Of a stretch of DNA of 64,000 bases, positions 1-48,716 are shown one piece after another. The stretch covers positions 76,345,131 through 76,409,130 of the forward strand of contig NC_068984.1 in assembly GCF_001194135.2 (NCBI RefSeq). The letters run 5' to 3'. The notes beneath the pieces were generated by a model that was not told the origin of the DNA, did no database searches, and saw only the letters and a list, made by a program, of their open reading frames with translations. The stretch's first letter is position 1; every line of letters starts with the position of its first letter. Position numbers and translations under genes: made by a program. The stretch is from Octopus bimaculoides. Its lineage: Eukaryota.

Positions 1-144
1 CACCTTCCGTCTACCAAATCCACCCACAAGGCTTTGGTCAGTTCGAGGCTATAGTAGTAGACACTTGCCCAAGGTGCCACGCAGTGGGACTGAACCTGGG
101 ACCATGTGGTTGGTAAGCAAGCTACTTACCACACAGCTACTCCT
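1..144 (-). mobile_element. SINE family A, 5' part (tRNA-like head), cut by the window edge
   Basis: matches 9225-9358 and the reverse complement of 16254-16400 (GGAGTGGCTGTGTGGTAAG...GGTTCAGTCCCACTGCGTGGCACC). Confidence 0.85.
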
Positions 145-767
145 AACACTTTGCAAGTCTTCTTACAAGTGTAAGCGCTCTTGCAGCTAATGAGATGTTG
201 TACTTTACCTCCTGGTAAATCTTGGTTGAGCAAATGTACAATCAAAAGTATTCCAGTTGTGACCAACTTATTTTAGTTTTTTTTTTTTTTTTTTTAAGTA
301 TCTAGGACAATATTATCCAATGTAGCTTGTCCTTTTTTATAAAATGCTAAGATGTGACATGAGAGAGAGATTTGGCTTCTATTTCTGGCTAGTCAAGTAA
401 TCCAATAATTGAAAGAAGTAAAAGATAAAAGGAACTAAGTCTTAACAAGAACAGCTTGGCCTCATCCTTCAGCAATTAATAACACAAGTATTTGTCATAT
501 ATTGGAATGAATTCTATTGTTTATATATCTGCTCCTTTAAAAAAAATAAATGATAAAAAAAGAATGAAATAACTAACAATAGTCGTGTATTTGTGCATAT
601 GAAAGAAATTTATATTTTTTTAAAGTTTAAGCTGAAATTAATCAAATGTAAGTTGCTTTGAGAACAATAATTTCTTGGAAATGTCATCCCACCATCTGAA
701 GTATTCTGTAAACAATTTGGGGGGAGGGGATGAGTCAATTACATTGACACCAGTGTTCAACTGGTAC

Positions 768-768
<1 letters not shown>

Positions 769-802
<34 letters not shown>
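769..802. repeat. (TAA)n microsatellite
   Basis: direct reading. Confidence 0.95.
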
Positions 803-805
<3 letters not shown>

Positions 806-1574
806 ACAAAGCCACTGATTTTAGGAGGGAGAGGTTAGTTGATGATGTCAACTGGTTTTTTATTTTATCGACCTTGAAGTTTACAACTTTGTGTTCATTT
901 GTTTCATGATTCTTCCATTAATACTTCAGCTTGTACATCTGTGTTCAACTAGTGATGTCATAAGACTAAAACTTGTCTGAAGTTGTCTCCCATACTTGTC
1001 TTAACTAATTCCCCATCCCACTTTTCAATATAATTATTTCTAGATAGGTTTTTAATGATCCCTACATTTAATGTTAACACTAAATTAGCTTTTGTCTATG
1101 TAAGTGTTTGGTATACATCAATCTGATTTTCACAACTCCCAGAGATGAACAAACCATGGTTAACATTCCCATGGTGAACAGTCAGTAGTGAACATTCTAC
1201 AATGAATGCCCAATGGTTAACTGTTTTCATTCCAACATGCCTCCCCTGGTTCTGTGATGCAAACTCTTTGTTTTAAAGTGATCTAAATTAAAATTTCTCA
1301 TTAAAACTTCATGTTAATTTATGTTCTATGCATTTGCTTAATAAGGACAAAGTTATTTTACTATATTCTTCATTATTTTCAAAATTATTTGAAATAACGT
1401 GGGCATATTTCAACAAAAATTTGGTAACAAAAGAGTGAATACCCAGAGATGAACACTCTGCAATAAAACTTAATCTCTATTTGCATAGCTTTCAGAATCA
1501 CAACCTGAATTTGTTACTGCTAGAAGTGGCAGCCCATCTTCCTCAAAGGACACTTCCATTTTGTAAAATAGTCT

Positions 1575-1790
1575 AAGCCAGGCAGTGGATTTACAGACTT
1601 GCTAGAGCAACAAGCCAACCACATTGCAGTACTAAGTTGCACACTTTCATGTTCTGAGTTCAAACTCTGCCTTTCATCCTTTTGTGGGTCAATAAAATAT
1701 ATCATATAGTGGGATTGGTTTAATCAATTATATTACCTACTCTCCCCTAAAATGTGTAACTTTGTGCTTATATCAGAAATTATAATTATC
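1575..1790 (+). mobile_element. SINE family B, degraded
   Basis: GTTCTGAGTTCAAA...CCTTTCATCCTTT...TTTGTGC core shared with the copies at 18135 and 40942. Confidence 0.6.
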
Positions 1791-2640
1791 ATCATTGCTT
1801 CACTGAAGACCGGGTTTTTGAATTCACATGGCAATAACATCTGTTAAAAAACATTCCTGGCAATAATATCTGTTAAATCTTTCTTCAGAACTTCTTTTAA
1901 CTTCAGTTAGGCCCTCTATAGTAAAAATGTTATTTTAATAACAGCAGAACATGGCCGGGGGGGGGGGGNNNNNNNNNNAAAGGATATTGAAGTTGAGAGG
2001 TTTCAACTGTCTAAATCCACTTTTGATCTTCAGCCTTTATGTTGTCAATCTACTTGCTAAAAATTGCTGCCAAGCTTCTGTCCTGTAACACAGCCTTGAT
2101 ACATTTAAAAAAGAGGAAGGGCAAGCACATATTGGATAAAGCATCCTCAATGAGACAAGACTAAAGAAGCCCTCACAACCCCACACTTTCTCTGCTCATG
2201 TGCCAACCACTTTACTGGCTGCATTTTTCGTGACATCAGCACAAGTGAAGCTGTCTCATTCACCAAATCATGCTTTGGGGAGTGTTGTTTCACAGCACCA
2301 GTATGGGGAAGGGTATCTTGTATGCAGTAAATGTTGAGTACTCAGTAACCTAAGATATGTGAACTGACATAAGGAATAGAAGGTAGAGCAATAGCAGTAG
2401 AAGAACCAGAAGTGAGTAGCTGAGAATGGCTAGAGTGTAAATGCAGAGAGTACTCAATAACCTACAGCATCTACATTTGCTCAGATGGTTGAGGTAGAGA
2501 AGAGGGGAAGGAGTGATAATATCACAAGGACCAGAGTGGCTGGGTGAAAGGAGCAAGAGTATGATGGAAAAGACAGAGGTGGTGGTTATTTGGTCAGTAG
2601 GGGTTTGATTGGCAATAACCTTAGCCTTTGACAACAGGAA

Positions 2641-3307
2641 TGGGATCTTGTTCAAAATGGGGGCACCAGTTTTCATTTATGTTTTATGTAGTGTTTTTGG
2701 TACCGAAAGACTTTCAAACTTCGTATACTTATCTATTTTGTGTTATAGAACAGAAAAAAATTTTTGTATTCGAATTTATTTCATGTAAAAAATTGTCTTA
2801 TTTCGATAATTTCAACCAATCACTGACAAGTATTCAGCTGTTTACACTTACTCCTTTGGCAATTTAAGCGGTGTAAAGCGTATTTAATCTCCATTACTTC
2901 TGACATTTTGCAGAGAGGCAACACGCATGTGTTCGTTTTCCCTAACCGACTTGTTCCTTCCCTCAAAAACCAGGCCTTGTGCCTATAATAGAAAGGTTTA
3001 TTAGCTACTGCCAATATGCTTCAGCCATTTTTTGTCAAGGAAATAATAATTTTATCACCGCCAGAATCGTTTGAGAATCGTTTGTTTACGTAGTCAGCAC
3101 TTAATTTTTACGGCTGAGTGGACGTCAGTCATTAGTTAAAATTACAGAAATACGACAATTTTAACATGAAATAACTTGCGATGTACGTTTTTTTGTTAAG
3201 AAGACTAAGAGAAAAAGATGTTTTATATGACACATTCTACCAGTGTCCCAAGTTTCAAAGTGTTTCGTTAAGAAAATACTGGTGCCCCTGTTTTGAACAA
3301 GATCCCA
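2641..3307. mobile_element. non-autonomous TIR DNA transposon (MITE), ~667 bp
   Basis: 30-bp TIRs TGGGATCTTGTTCAAAA(TG/CA)GGGGCACCAGT at 2641-2670 and 3278-3307, 28/30 identical; CpG-rich interior. Confidence 0.85.
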
Positions 3308-3459
3308 AGAGTGTTCTGGATGACAGATAAAGCTTAGGATTTTTTTTTTCATGTATTGTTTGACTAATATAGACTCCTCCTCAGTATTTGTGTACAACTG
3401 TTTGTCAACTATTCTACTCTTCAGGTGTTTTTAATCCTCTTTATTTTTCAGTTGTATGT

Positions 3460-3677
3460 TTAACCTTTTAGCATTTAAACCAGCCAAAATATTCTATCCA
3501 TTTTATGTTCAAACTGGCCAGATCCAGCCTCTCACACCTACCCTACACTATCATTCTAAAAATAAGCAATCACATCATTGAAATCTTAAAGCTACAAGAT
3601 AATGCATGTTTAACTAAAAAGAATATGAATAAATGATCAATACATTTAACAGAGTAATATGAATGCTAAAGGTTTAA
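3460..3677. mobile_element. piggyBac-like MITE with TTAA termini
   Basis: TTAACCTTTTAGCATT ... AATGCTAAAGGTTTAA; second copy around 16935-17100. Confidence 0.7.
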
Positions 3678-3934
3678 CATTATAATAAATTACCTTTTTT
3701 TTTATGTTTGTAAACACTAATTTTCTAATGTAACCTCTCTTCTCTTCAAAAGTACAAGTGTATTCTCCACATTAAAGTGTCACTCACATATCCGAGGTAT
3801 ATGGTGCAGTTGCTGTTACAAATGCAAATATTCCAGGTCACACTCTAAAATTACACTGTTCATTTGTTTGATTGCTGCACCCTCACTCAGAAATAAGCTA
3901 CAACTCATTGATACATTGTGTCCCCTGGTATCAC

Positions 3935-3985
3935 TACTACTGCTACTACTACTACTGCTACTACTACTACTACTGCTACTACTTA
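3935..3985. repeat. (CTA)n microsatellite with CTG interruptions
   Basis: source of the spurious poly-Leu ORF 3868..4053. Confidence 0.9.
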
Positions 3986-4366
3986 CAATGCTAACTTCTA
4001 TATTAGAATTGTTGAAAATTATTCTCTACTCCTGTCTAATCCTACCTCATTGAACTACCTTGCCTCTTCTTGACCCTGTTATGTTTGCTCCTCACACAAA
4101 GCACCTTCACTAACACTTGAAAAACTTTACCTAAATAGTTATTCCCAGAACAATAAAAGCAGCGAAACACCATTCCTTGGAACACTTTACTTGCTTACAT
4201 CTTTTCTATAACCATTCAACAATAAGCAGTTCAAACTTAACAACAACTGCGTCAACTTAACCTGTCTTTGAGCGACTGCATATTTATTGATATTGCTTTT
4301 CCTCGTCAAGCTATGACACTCTACTCCTTGTATGGCATTATTTTCTCTTTTGCTTTTACTCTACAC

Positions 4367-4432
4367 CCTCCTCCTCCTCTTCTTCCTCCTCTTCTTCTTC
4401 CTCCTCCTCTTCCTCCTCCTCCTTATTATTAT
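4367..4432. repeat. (CCT/CTT)n tract just upstream of exon A
   Basis: direct reading. Confidence 0.9.
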
Positions 4433-4456
4433 TCCTGAGACTTGTTTATTTAACAG

Positions 4457-40343
<35,887 letters not shown>

Positions 40344-40349
40344 AGCAGC

Positions 40350-40355
40350 AATAAA
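40350..40355 (+). terminator. candidate polyadenylation signal AATAAA (alternative at 40642-40647)
   Basis: AATAAA 6 nt after the stop codon; weak evidence in AT-rich DNA. Confidence 0.3.
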
Positions 40356-40709
40356 ATCTATCTGTGATATGAAGAGGTGAAAGATTACTTAACCTTATTT
40401 TATGGATAATAGCCATTGTAAATGGGAATGTGTGACAGAGATAAAATATAAATATCTATTTTTGTGAAAAAAAGAACTTTATGTCACACATTAATCCAAT
40501 TGATATATTGGAGTTGATTGATTCTTTGGATAACTTTTAATCCCAGTTACTACAGTAAGGTCCTACAAAGATTTTTAAAAAAATGAGAAGAGAGATGGAA
40601 AAGATATTTAAAAAGTACAGTTATTTATTATTATTGTTAACAATAAAGCAATACATAATATTACTCGTCATCACCATCATCATCATCATCATCATCATCA
40701 TCATTATTA

Positions 40710-41525
40710 GGACAGTAGATTGGTTGAATTGTTAGAGGGTTGGACAAATTACCTTGTGATATTTGTTCAAGCTCCTTACATTCTGTGTTCAAATATCACC
40801 AAGGTCAACTTTTCCTTTCATCCTTCCAGAGGTTCATAAAATAAAATTCTATTCAAATGTTGGGATCAATGTAACTGGCTGCCCTCCTTCTCTCAACATT
40901 GCTTGCTTTGTGCCAAAGTTATTATTATTATTATTATTATAAAGCAGAGAGCTGGCAGAATATTTAACGGTATTTCACCCATCGCTACATTCTGAGTTCA
41001 AATTCCACCGAGGTCAATCTTGCGTTTCATCTTTTGGGATCGATAAATTAAGCACTAGTCAAGTACTGGGGTCGATATGGTCAACTTACCCTCTCCACAA
41101 AAATTTCAGGCCTTGTGCCTATAGTAGAAAGGATTATTATAAGCAGAGAGCTGGTAGAATTGTTAGCACATCAGGGAAAATGCTTAGTGGCATTTCATCC
41201 ATCTTACATTCTGAGTTCAAATTCCGTTGAAGTTAACTTTGCCTTTCATCCTTTCAGGGTCGATAAACTAAGTATCAGTTGAACTCTAGGGTTGATGTAA
41301 TCAACCTACTCCTACCCCTGAATTGCTGGCCTCATGCCAAAATTTGAAATCATCATCATCTTTATTATTATTATTATTATTTGTTCTGGGTCTTGATATT
41401 CCCTTTATCTTCCAATCTACTGGAAGTCAATAAAATGAAGTACCAGTGAAATACTGAGGTTGATAATGTCAACTTACTCCCCTATCTTCAGAATTGTTGG
41501 CCCTGTGCCAAAATTGAAATCCATC
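40710..41525 (+). mobile_element. tandem array of 3-4 SINE family B copies separated by (ATT)n/(CAT)n; another copy at 41970-42180
   Basis: AAGCAGAGAGCTGG(C/T)AGAAT...TTCTGAGTTCAAATTCC...GGCCTTGTGCC repeats. Confidence 0.85.
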
Positions 41526-42859
41526 ATCATCATCATCACCATTATTTCTGTTGTTACAATTTTTAGAATTCACAAATTAGAAAATTATCTAAAGGACTTG
41601 TGCACTCGGACCACATGTAGTTAGAGTATCAAACTTCATTAAATCAAATAATTTGAGGCTGTTTGTATAAAGAATTGTATGGTACAAACCAGTCATGTTG
41701 TTATGATTGATGAACATTTTTCAGTTAATGAAAAAATCTGTATAATAAAAAATGTCTCCTATTTCACTCCAATAAATTTTCATTCCATTATTTCCTCCAA
41801 TAAAAAAAATCCTATAAGTTTTTTTTTACTGTTCATTGTTATTATTATTGTTATTGTTGCTGTTTTTGATTTGACTCAGGTTTGTTCTTATTCCAATTAG
41901 AATTTATGTGGGTAGTGGGTTACTAACTGTAACCTTAGATATTCACAAGCTTTCTATTATTATTAAAGCAATAAACTGACAGAATTGTTACTGCGCCAGA
42001 CAAAATGCTTAACATTAATTCTTCCAGTCTTACATTTTGAGTTCAAATGCTACTGAGGTTGATTTTGCCTTTCATCATTTCAGAGTTAATAAAATAAATA
42101 TCAGTTGAGCATTGGGGTTAATGTTATCGACTAGTCCCCACCCTTAAATAAATTGATGGCCTTGTGCCAAAGTAAGAAATTTCAAATCAGTCACCTATAA
42201 CAAAAATCCCTTAAAAATTTTATCCCCCAAAATGAGTTGAACTTGTAACCTTTGTTAGTTCTACCACTGAACTACTTCATAAAAAATTATGTAAACAATA
42301 AGTATGAATAATTTAGAAAGACAGAAAAGATGTATGTAATGTAAGTCTGTGTGGGTATTTATGCATTCATGAATGAATATATATATATATATATGAATCA
42401 ATGATTTCTTCAGTGTGTAACAATAAAGATACTAAACTTTTCCAGCATGAGATATTTCCATTTGCTTTTGATGTCTCAGTATTTGATATATGTGTGTGTG
42501 TGTGTGTCTGAATATGTACACATGTATGTATAACATACTGGAAACTAATTGCCATACACAAAAAGTAGATTTTTTTGCAATGTAAACTTAATTCACTATA
42601 AACCAACTTGAGCTCATGTACTGTTTGGCAATGTTTTATTGTCATTTGATTTCCACTAAAAAGGTGGTATTTTTTTCAAATCATTTGACAATGGAATTTT
42701 TTTGTGTGAAGTCTACATGCTTAAGAGGCTGTTAGGTGTGTAATCAGAACCTCATATATGGTTGCTTAGAACTTCTTTTGGCATTGCTTCAATAGTTACT
42801 TGTAAATCTGGCATAGTTTGGTAGAGTTCTGCATGACTAAGCAACCCTTTTAAAGTGAC

Positions 42860-43312
42860 ACTGCGTGCTCACAGCAAGAGAAAAGATTAGAAAAGGTACC
42901 CCAAATATATACACTATCTCGGAATAAGCAGTAGGTCAATTTAGGATTTATTCATCATTAAAGGCAGTGACATGGATCAGGAGGCTATAATCAAGAGCCA
43001 GATGGACACACAAGAGGTGCAGCAATATCAAAGGAAGGCTAATTAGGAAGATAGTTTTTGTGTGTGGCAAATGCTCAGGAGCAATAAACACTGAAAACGT
43101 GTAGAGAAAAGCTTCCATCACATTCCAGGGGGGAAAACTACAAGTAGTTGATAGCTTCTGTTACCTAGGTGACGAAGTCAGTAGCAGGGGTGGATGCACT
43201 GAAAGTGTAGCTGCTAGAGTAAGGATAGCCTGGACAAAGTTCAGAGAGCTTCTACCTCTGCTGGTAACAAAGGGCTTCTCCCTCAGAGTAAAAGGTAGAC
43301 TGTATGACGCAT
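42860..43312 (+). mobile_element. RTE-type LINE, RT C-terminal fragment
   Basis: KLQVVDSFCYLGDEVSSRGGCTESVAARVRIAWTKFRELLPLLVTKGFSLRVKGRLYDA*. Confidence 0.85.
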
Positions 43313-44079
43313 GAAGTGGATTCAATCCACCATAGCCAAATTTAAATTAACACTGCAGCAGAACTTTTCCCACGGTGGTACAGTGGTTTTTCTGTGACAG
43401 CAGTTTTACATTTTCCAGATGCCTTTAGCTAGGCCAAAATAATGTCTTCACCACTTGACCCTTTCTAACCTCTTCTACTCCACCAAAAGCTAGAATAGAG
43501 ATAACAAGACCACCAACTAAATCTATTGTTCTCAATGATATGTCTATCCTTCTGGATAGTTATAAAAGCATAAACCCCAAGCAAAAAGTTAGTCACATGG
43601 TGACGATTCAATGAGAACGAAGTCTGGCTGACTAGCTGGAACCTTGGTCAGAGGGAGAAATGAAGTTTACTGTCAGCAACTGTGAGACAATGTCCCACAC
43701 CCTACAACTCTCACTAGCTCTAATTCTGTTCTCTTACAACATCATTCTATCTCTCTCTGTAATTACTACTAAACAATGAAGAGGACACAAACACAAATCT
43801 TACTTCGCATGCTTTTGGATTTATCACAACCTGCCCGTTGAGGCAAGGTATTGTAACATAGCGGTAAATAAATACTTTCTTAAAATTTCATGCATTGTTC
43901 ATCTTTCACATCCTACAACATGCTGTTATAACAACAAATTTTTATCGTCGCAACTGCTCACTCCGACATATATTATTGTGTACCTAATCAATCTTACCCG
44001 TTATAATTGGTGACCCTCGACTACAAAAATAAAAACATTGTTACACACGCACACATATATATATACTTATTCGTACCTT

Positions 44080-44698
44080 TACTTCATTGGACACTAAACT
44101 CTGCTTGCGAAGACCTGTTGAGGCAAGTGAAATCGAACCAAATTTGATGACTGGCACCCATGCCAACCTCTCCTTCATTGGACACTAAACTCTGCTTGCA
44201 AAGACCTGTTGGGGCAAGTGAAATCGAAATCGTGATTTAACCAAATTCGATGACTGGCACCTGTGCCAGTAGAGCGCTAACAGCACCGTCCGAGCATGAT
44301 CATTGCCAGAGCAGCTGTCTGGCTTCCGTACCAGTGGCACGTAAATAGCACCATTTGAGCGTAATCGTTACCAGCGTCGCCTTACTGGCACGTAAAAAAA
44401 TATTTGAGCGAGGTTGTTGCCAGTGCCGCTGGACTGGCTCCTGTGCAGGTGGCACATAAAATACACCATTTTGAGCGTTGCCATTGCCAGTACCGCCTGA
44501 CTGGCCCTCGTGCCGGTGGCACGTAAAAGCACTCACTACACTCTCGGAGTGGTTGGCGTTAGGAAGGGCATCCAGCTGTAGAAACTCCGCCAGATCAGAT
44601 TGGAGCCTGGTGTAGCCAGCCATCTGGTATGCCAGTCCTTAGTTAAATCGTCCAATCCATGCTAGCATGGAAAGCGGACGTTAAACGAGGATGATGAT
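44080..44698 (+). mobile_element. long family D element with internal tandem subunits (~95-bp duplicate at 44082-44265; ~60-bp units at 44330-44530)
   Basis: CTTCATTGGACACTAAACTCTGCTTGC twice; GTGGCACGTAAA..GCACCATTTGAGCG units; 3' end CATGCTAGCATGGAAAGCGGACGTTAAACGAGGATGATGAT. Confidence 0.85.
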
Positions 44699-44959
44699 AT
44701 ATATATACTTTATTTAAAAGCAACAGAAATATAACAAAAGCTGTTACTCAGAGTTTCACGTTCCTGTTTGTCTGAACGTGAAACGCTGAGTAACAGCTTT
44801 TGTTATATATGCATACATGTATATGTATACATATGTGTAGATGTATATATATAGATGTACATGTAATATGTACACATATATACATATATATACATGCATA
44901 CAGATATCTATACATATATACACCCATCACACACATACACATGCACACAAACACACACA

Positions 44960-45600
44960 TTAGTCATTTGTTTTCTTATCCAAAACTACGTCAAAAGTAC
45001 TGAACGGATCTTTATGAAATTTGGAAATTATATTCTATGCATAACGGCCATAACTCCCATGAAAATTCATATATTTTTGATGTTGATGAAATTTTAACCC
45101 GAACATAACAGATGAGCATTACTTGTAATTCAACGGTNNNNNNNNNNNNNNNNNNNNNNNNNNNNNNNNNNNNNNNNNNNNNNNNNNNNNNNNNNNNNNN
45201 NNNNNNNNNNNNNNNNNNNNNNNNNNNNNNNNNNNNNNNNNNNNNNNNNNNNNNNNNNNNNNNNNNNNNNNNNNNNNNNNNNNNNNNNCGCATCTTTGCC
45301 TCCACTGATTCACTTGCGAAGTGTTGAGTAAAATTATTTCGTTTCAGACCTCCTTTGAGTCTTTTTATTATCACTGCGACACACATAGTCCCCAGTTGGT
45401 AACATTGATTTCAAGGCTTTTCCAGATGAGAGACTGGCATTCCACTTAATGTCTATGTTCCATGCTGGCATGGATTGGAGAGTTATTAATGTAGAAATAT
45501 GGTATTGTAGCTACTAACAGTTGAGGGTTGCGTAGTCTAGACGGCGTTTTTAGATTTCATTATTCTCTTTAACCCGGGCAAAGCCGGGTATTTCTGCTAG
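44960..45600 (+). mobile_element. non-autonomous Helitron-like element (gap inside)
   Basis: 3' hairpin ACCCGG-GCAAAG-CCGGGT followed by CTAG (45597-45600) then T; 5' boundary approximate. Confidence 0.65.
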
Positions 45601-46009
45601 TATAACAATATGAATTTACGCAATGTTATCTTAATAAGCTATTTAATGGACTTGTATTTGAAATAAACTCTGTTATTGAAACAAATGTAGTGATGTTTTG
45701 AACTACCCATTCGTCGTTGTTTACTAAATATTATGCTGTATAATATGTACCAGTTATATCTTTTATTACATACAGGGATGGACAGGATAACTGGAACTAG
45801 TGAACAACTGTTTAATCCTGTATGAACTGCTGAATTGTCCACTTCAGTTACATGGAAAGACAGGGGGATATAATTTTATGTTAATATGCCAAGATTTATG
45901 TGATGTCATCCGTTTATATACATGTATGTGTGTATGTATGTATGTATGCATGTATGTATGTATGTATGTGTCTGTCTACGTCTATACTACTGGTATTATT
46001 ATTTCTGAT

Positions 46010-46285
46010 AAGGCAGCGAGCTGGCAGAATCGTCAGCATGGTGGGTAAAATGTTTAGCGGCATTACGCCCGTCTTCATATTCTGCATTCGAATTTCGCCG
46101 GGGCCGACTTTGTCTTTCATCCTTTCGGAGTCGATAAGTTAACTACTGGTCAAATATTGTGGTCAATGTGATCGACTATACCCCTCCCCACAAATTCCAT
46201 TTCCGCTGAGGTCGACTTTGCCTTTCTTTCCTTCAGGGTCATTGTTATCGACTAGCCCCCTCCCCACAAAATTTCAAACCTTGTG
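46010..46285 (+). mobile_element. SINE family B, CpG-rich copy
   Basis: AAGGCAGCGAGCTGGCAGAATCGTCAGC...TTCGAATTTCGCCGGGGCCGACTTTG. Confidence 0.85.
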
Positions 46286-46389
46286 CTTATATTAGAAAGG
46301 ATCATCATCTTCGTTGTCGTCGTCGTGGTTGTTGTTTTTGTTGTTGTTGCTGCTGTCATCATCATCATCATCATCATCATCATTATTGT

Positions 46390-47625
46390 TTTTGCACAAC
46401 TTCTAACGCTGGAGATGTACTACGGTGCCAGCTGTTCACTGCCAGTGAACTAAGGTAACACCCCTTATTTTTCGAGGCCCATCCGGAGTATTCGAGCGGT
46501 TCCAAGCAGCGCTGTTTTCTGCAAGTGCTCCATCCTTAATGCAGCCCCTATTTGTCCCATGTATTTCTCAAGATTTTTGCTCACTGTTCCCAGGGCTCCG
46601 ACAATTATTAGTACTACTACCACTATTTTCATCGACCACAACTGCTTAACCACCCAAGCTAACCTGTCATATTTATCGACTTTTCTTTCTTCCTTATCGC
46701 ATACCTTGTCAGCTGGGCATGCTATATCTATGATCCAGCATCGTTTGCTTTTTTCTCAATTAACATTATGTCTGGTTTCCTATTCTCTATCTCATGATCG
46801 CACTGAATCATAAAATCCTACAGGATCTTTGCATTATCATTTTCGATTATGCCTTCAGGTTTTTGTTCGTACCACTTTTTTGCTCTGTCAAGTCCGTACT
46901 TGTTACAAAGTGTCCAATGAACAATCCTTGCTATATTGTCATGACGTCTCTTATATTCTTTCGGGGCTAGTGGCGTATATTGACTGGTAATATGCCTTAC
47001 AATTTCACCATTTTGTCCACAAATTCTGCACTTATCACTTTCTGATGTATTGTGTATTCTGTATTTGATGTAATTGGTTCTTAATGCTTGCTCTTGGGCG
47101 GCACAGATTAAAGCCTCTGTTTCCGGTTTTATATCACTTTTAGTCATCCATAGCCATCTTTTTTCTCTGTCTGACTTATCTTCAACATCACTATGAAATT
47201 GTCCATATATTCTTTTCTTTACCCACCTATTTTCAGTTTCATTCATTCTCAAGTCCTTGTACAGCGCTTTATCTTTGCAATCTTCCATCCTACTCAAGCC
47301 TGACCTTCCTACTTCTAATATTAGCGGTTCTGTGGCATTTTTTACATACCATGCTATGTTGTTTTCTTCTGCTCTAACGCTGTGTTTGTATCCAATCAGC
47401 CCTCTTCCCACTCTTTTTGTTGGTACATACAATCTGTCTGTGTCACTTTTTGGGTGGAGTGTCCCATATCTAGTCAGCTACTTCCTTATCTTTCTGTCTA
47501 AGCTGTTTAGTTCGTCTACTGTCCATGCAATTACCCCTGCTCCATATCTATGTAGGGAAACCGCCCAGGTGTTGATAGCTTCAATCTTATTCCGTTCGTT
47601 TAATTTCGACTTAAGGATCAGTCTC
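46390..47625 (-). mobile_element. 5'-truncated R4/Dong-clade non-LTR retrotransposon (RT C-terminus, CCHC knuckle, restriction-like endonuclease), pseudogenised
   Basis: LYVPTKRVGRGL, ETEALICAAQEQAL, CRICG..EIVRHITS, YKRRHD, AKIL*DF (W to stop), RKPDI, IIDIACP, LQKTALLGTARILR; abuts (ATT)n at 47632-47695. Confidence 0.88.
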
Positions 47626-47657
47626 AGTCTGATTATTATTGTTATTGTTGTTATTAC

Positions 47658-47694
<37 letters not shown>

Positions 47695-48716
47695 TAGTCC
47701 AAAGCACCTTGACGCCAGTTATAGGTTTAAGGCCATATACTACCAATTCTATTCTCTTCTAAAACTCTTAACTATACCCTGATACCTAGTTCATTCCTTC
47801 TTCTCTGAATCCCTTCTCAATTCGCTACACTTTGTCTATTTCTCAAGATTCTGCATGGAAAACATCTCATTTCCTTTCAATATCATTCATTTGTACATCT
47901 GCCTTTCTTCCCCTTCCCTACAACATCACTTTATATATCCTTCTCTTTTTTTTCTTTCTCTCACCTTCTACCACTCAAAATACATATTCATCCTTCTAAT
48001 TTAGAAACCGACTTACGGGTTCTGACCATAAATATTGAAATACTTCCATCAACTGTTTCATATTTTGAAATGTTTTAGCTGAGGAATGTCCTGTGTAATA
48101 GATAGATGCTTTCCCTGTTATATATTATGCAGACCTGAGACGTACGTATTAAATGATCGCAAAATATCGCTATTTAGTTTGGCTTCATACATTTTCTTTT
48201 ATTTCTATCATGTTTCATCCCAAAGGTTGTGGCTATGTTGTAGCACTGCCAATAAACATTATGAACAACCTTAATAGTTTTCTACCCATATTGGGGTCTC
48301 ATCAGAGGTGTCTACATCACTCGACCGATATGTGTGTGTGTGTGTGTGTGTATTTTAAAGAAATTGTTCTAGAAATCATTTTACACGAGAAAATAGAAAC
48401 TTGCATAATATAGTGTCACGAATATAACGAGATGTAGTTCTTAACGAAGTAGAAAGGGCTGTAGAATGATTTCCTTTGGATTGTAATTCTAGACAGAAAT
48501 TACCAGAAACGAATTCATTAAGCCAGATGTATAAATTATGCTTAAAATGTTATATATACAGTGAAACGAAAGAAGTTAAATTGATAGGAATTTAGAAATA
48601 AATTAATATAAGAGAATAATTCGGTTTTGCAACCAAATTATAATGAAAATTTACTACAATAGTCGAACATATATTATCATATTAACTCACGAACCAGTAA
48701 ACATGTAAATACATTC

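Noticed and set aside
2680-3300. CpG-rich stretch with a GGACGTCA (CRE-like) motif as the promoter of the membrane protein gene
   Set aside because: It lies wholly between the 30-bp TIRs of a MITE, and the NEF1 comparison suggests further coding exons upstream of the window.
3373-3424. Possible extra upstream exon (phase 2 to 0, LLLSICVQLFVNYSTLQ), or 3425-3453 (GVFNPLYFSV)
   Set aside because: Phase-compatible with exon A, but with a weak donor (GTGTTT) or poor acceptor context and no convincing homology. Unresolved without RNA data.
44330-44530. CRISPR-like spaced repeats (also considered for 39590-39914)
   Set aside because: These are degenerate tandem subunits without unique spacers, in a eukaryotic context with no cas genes.
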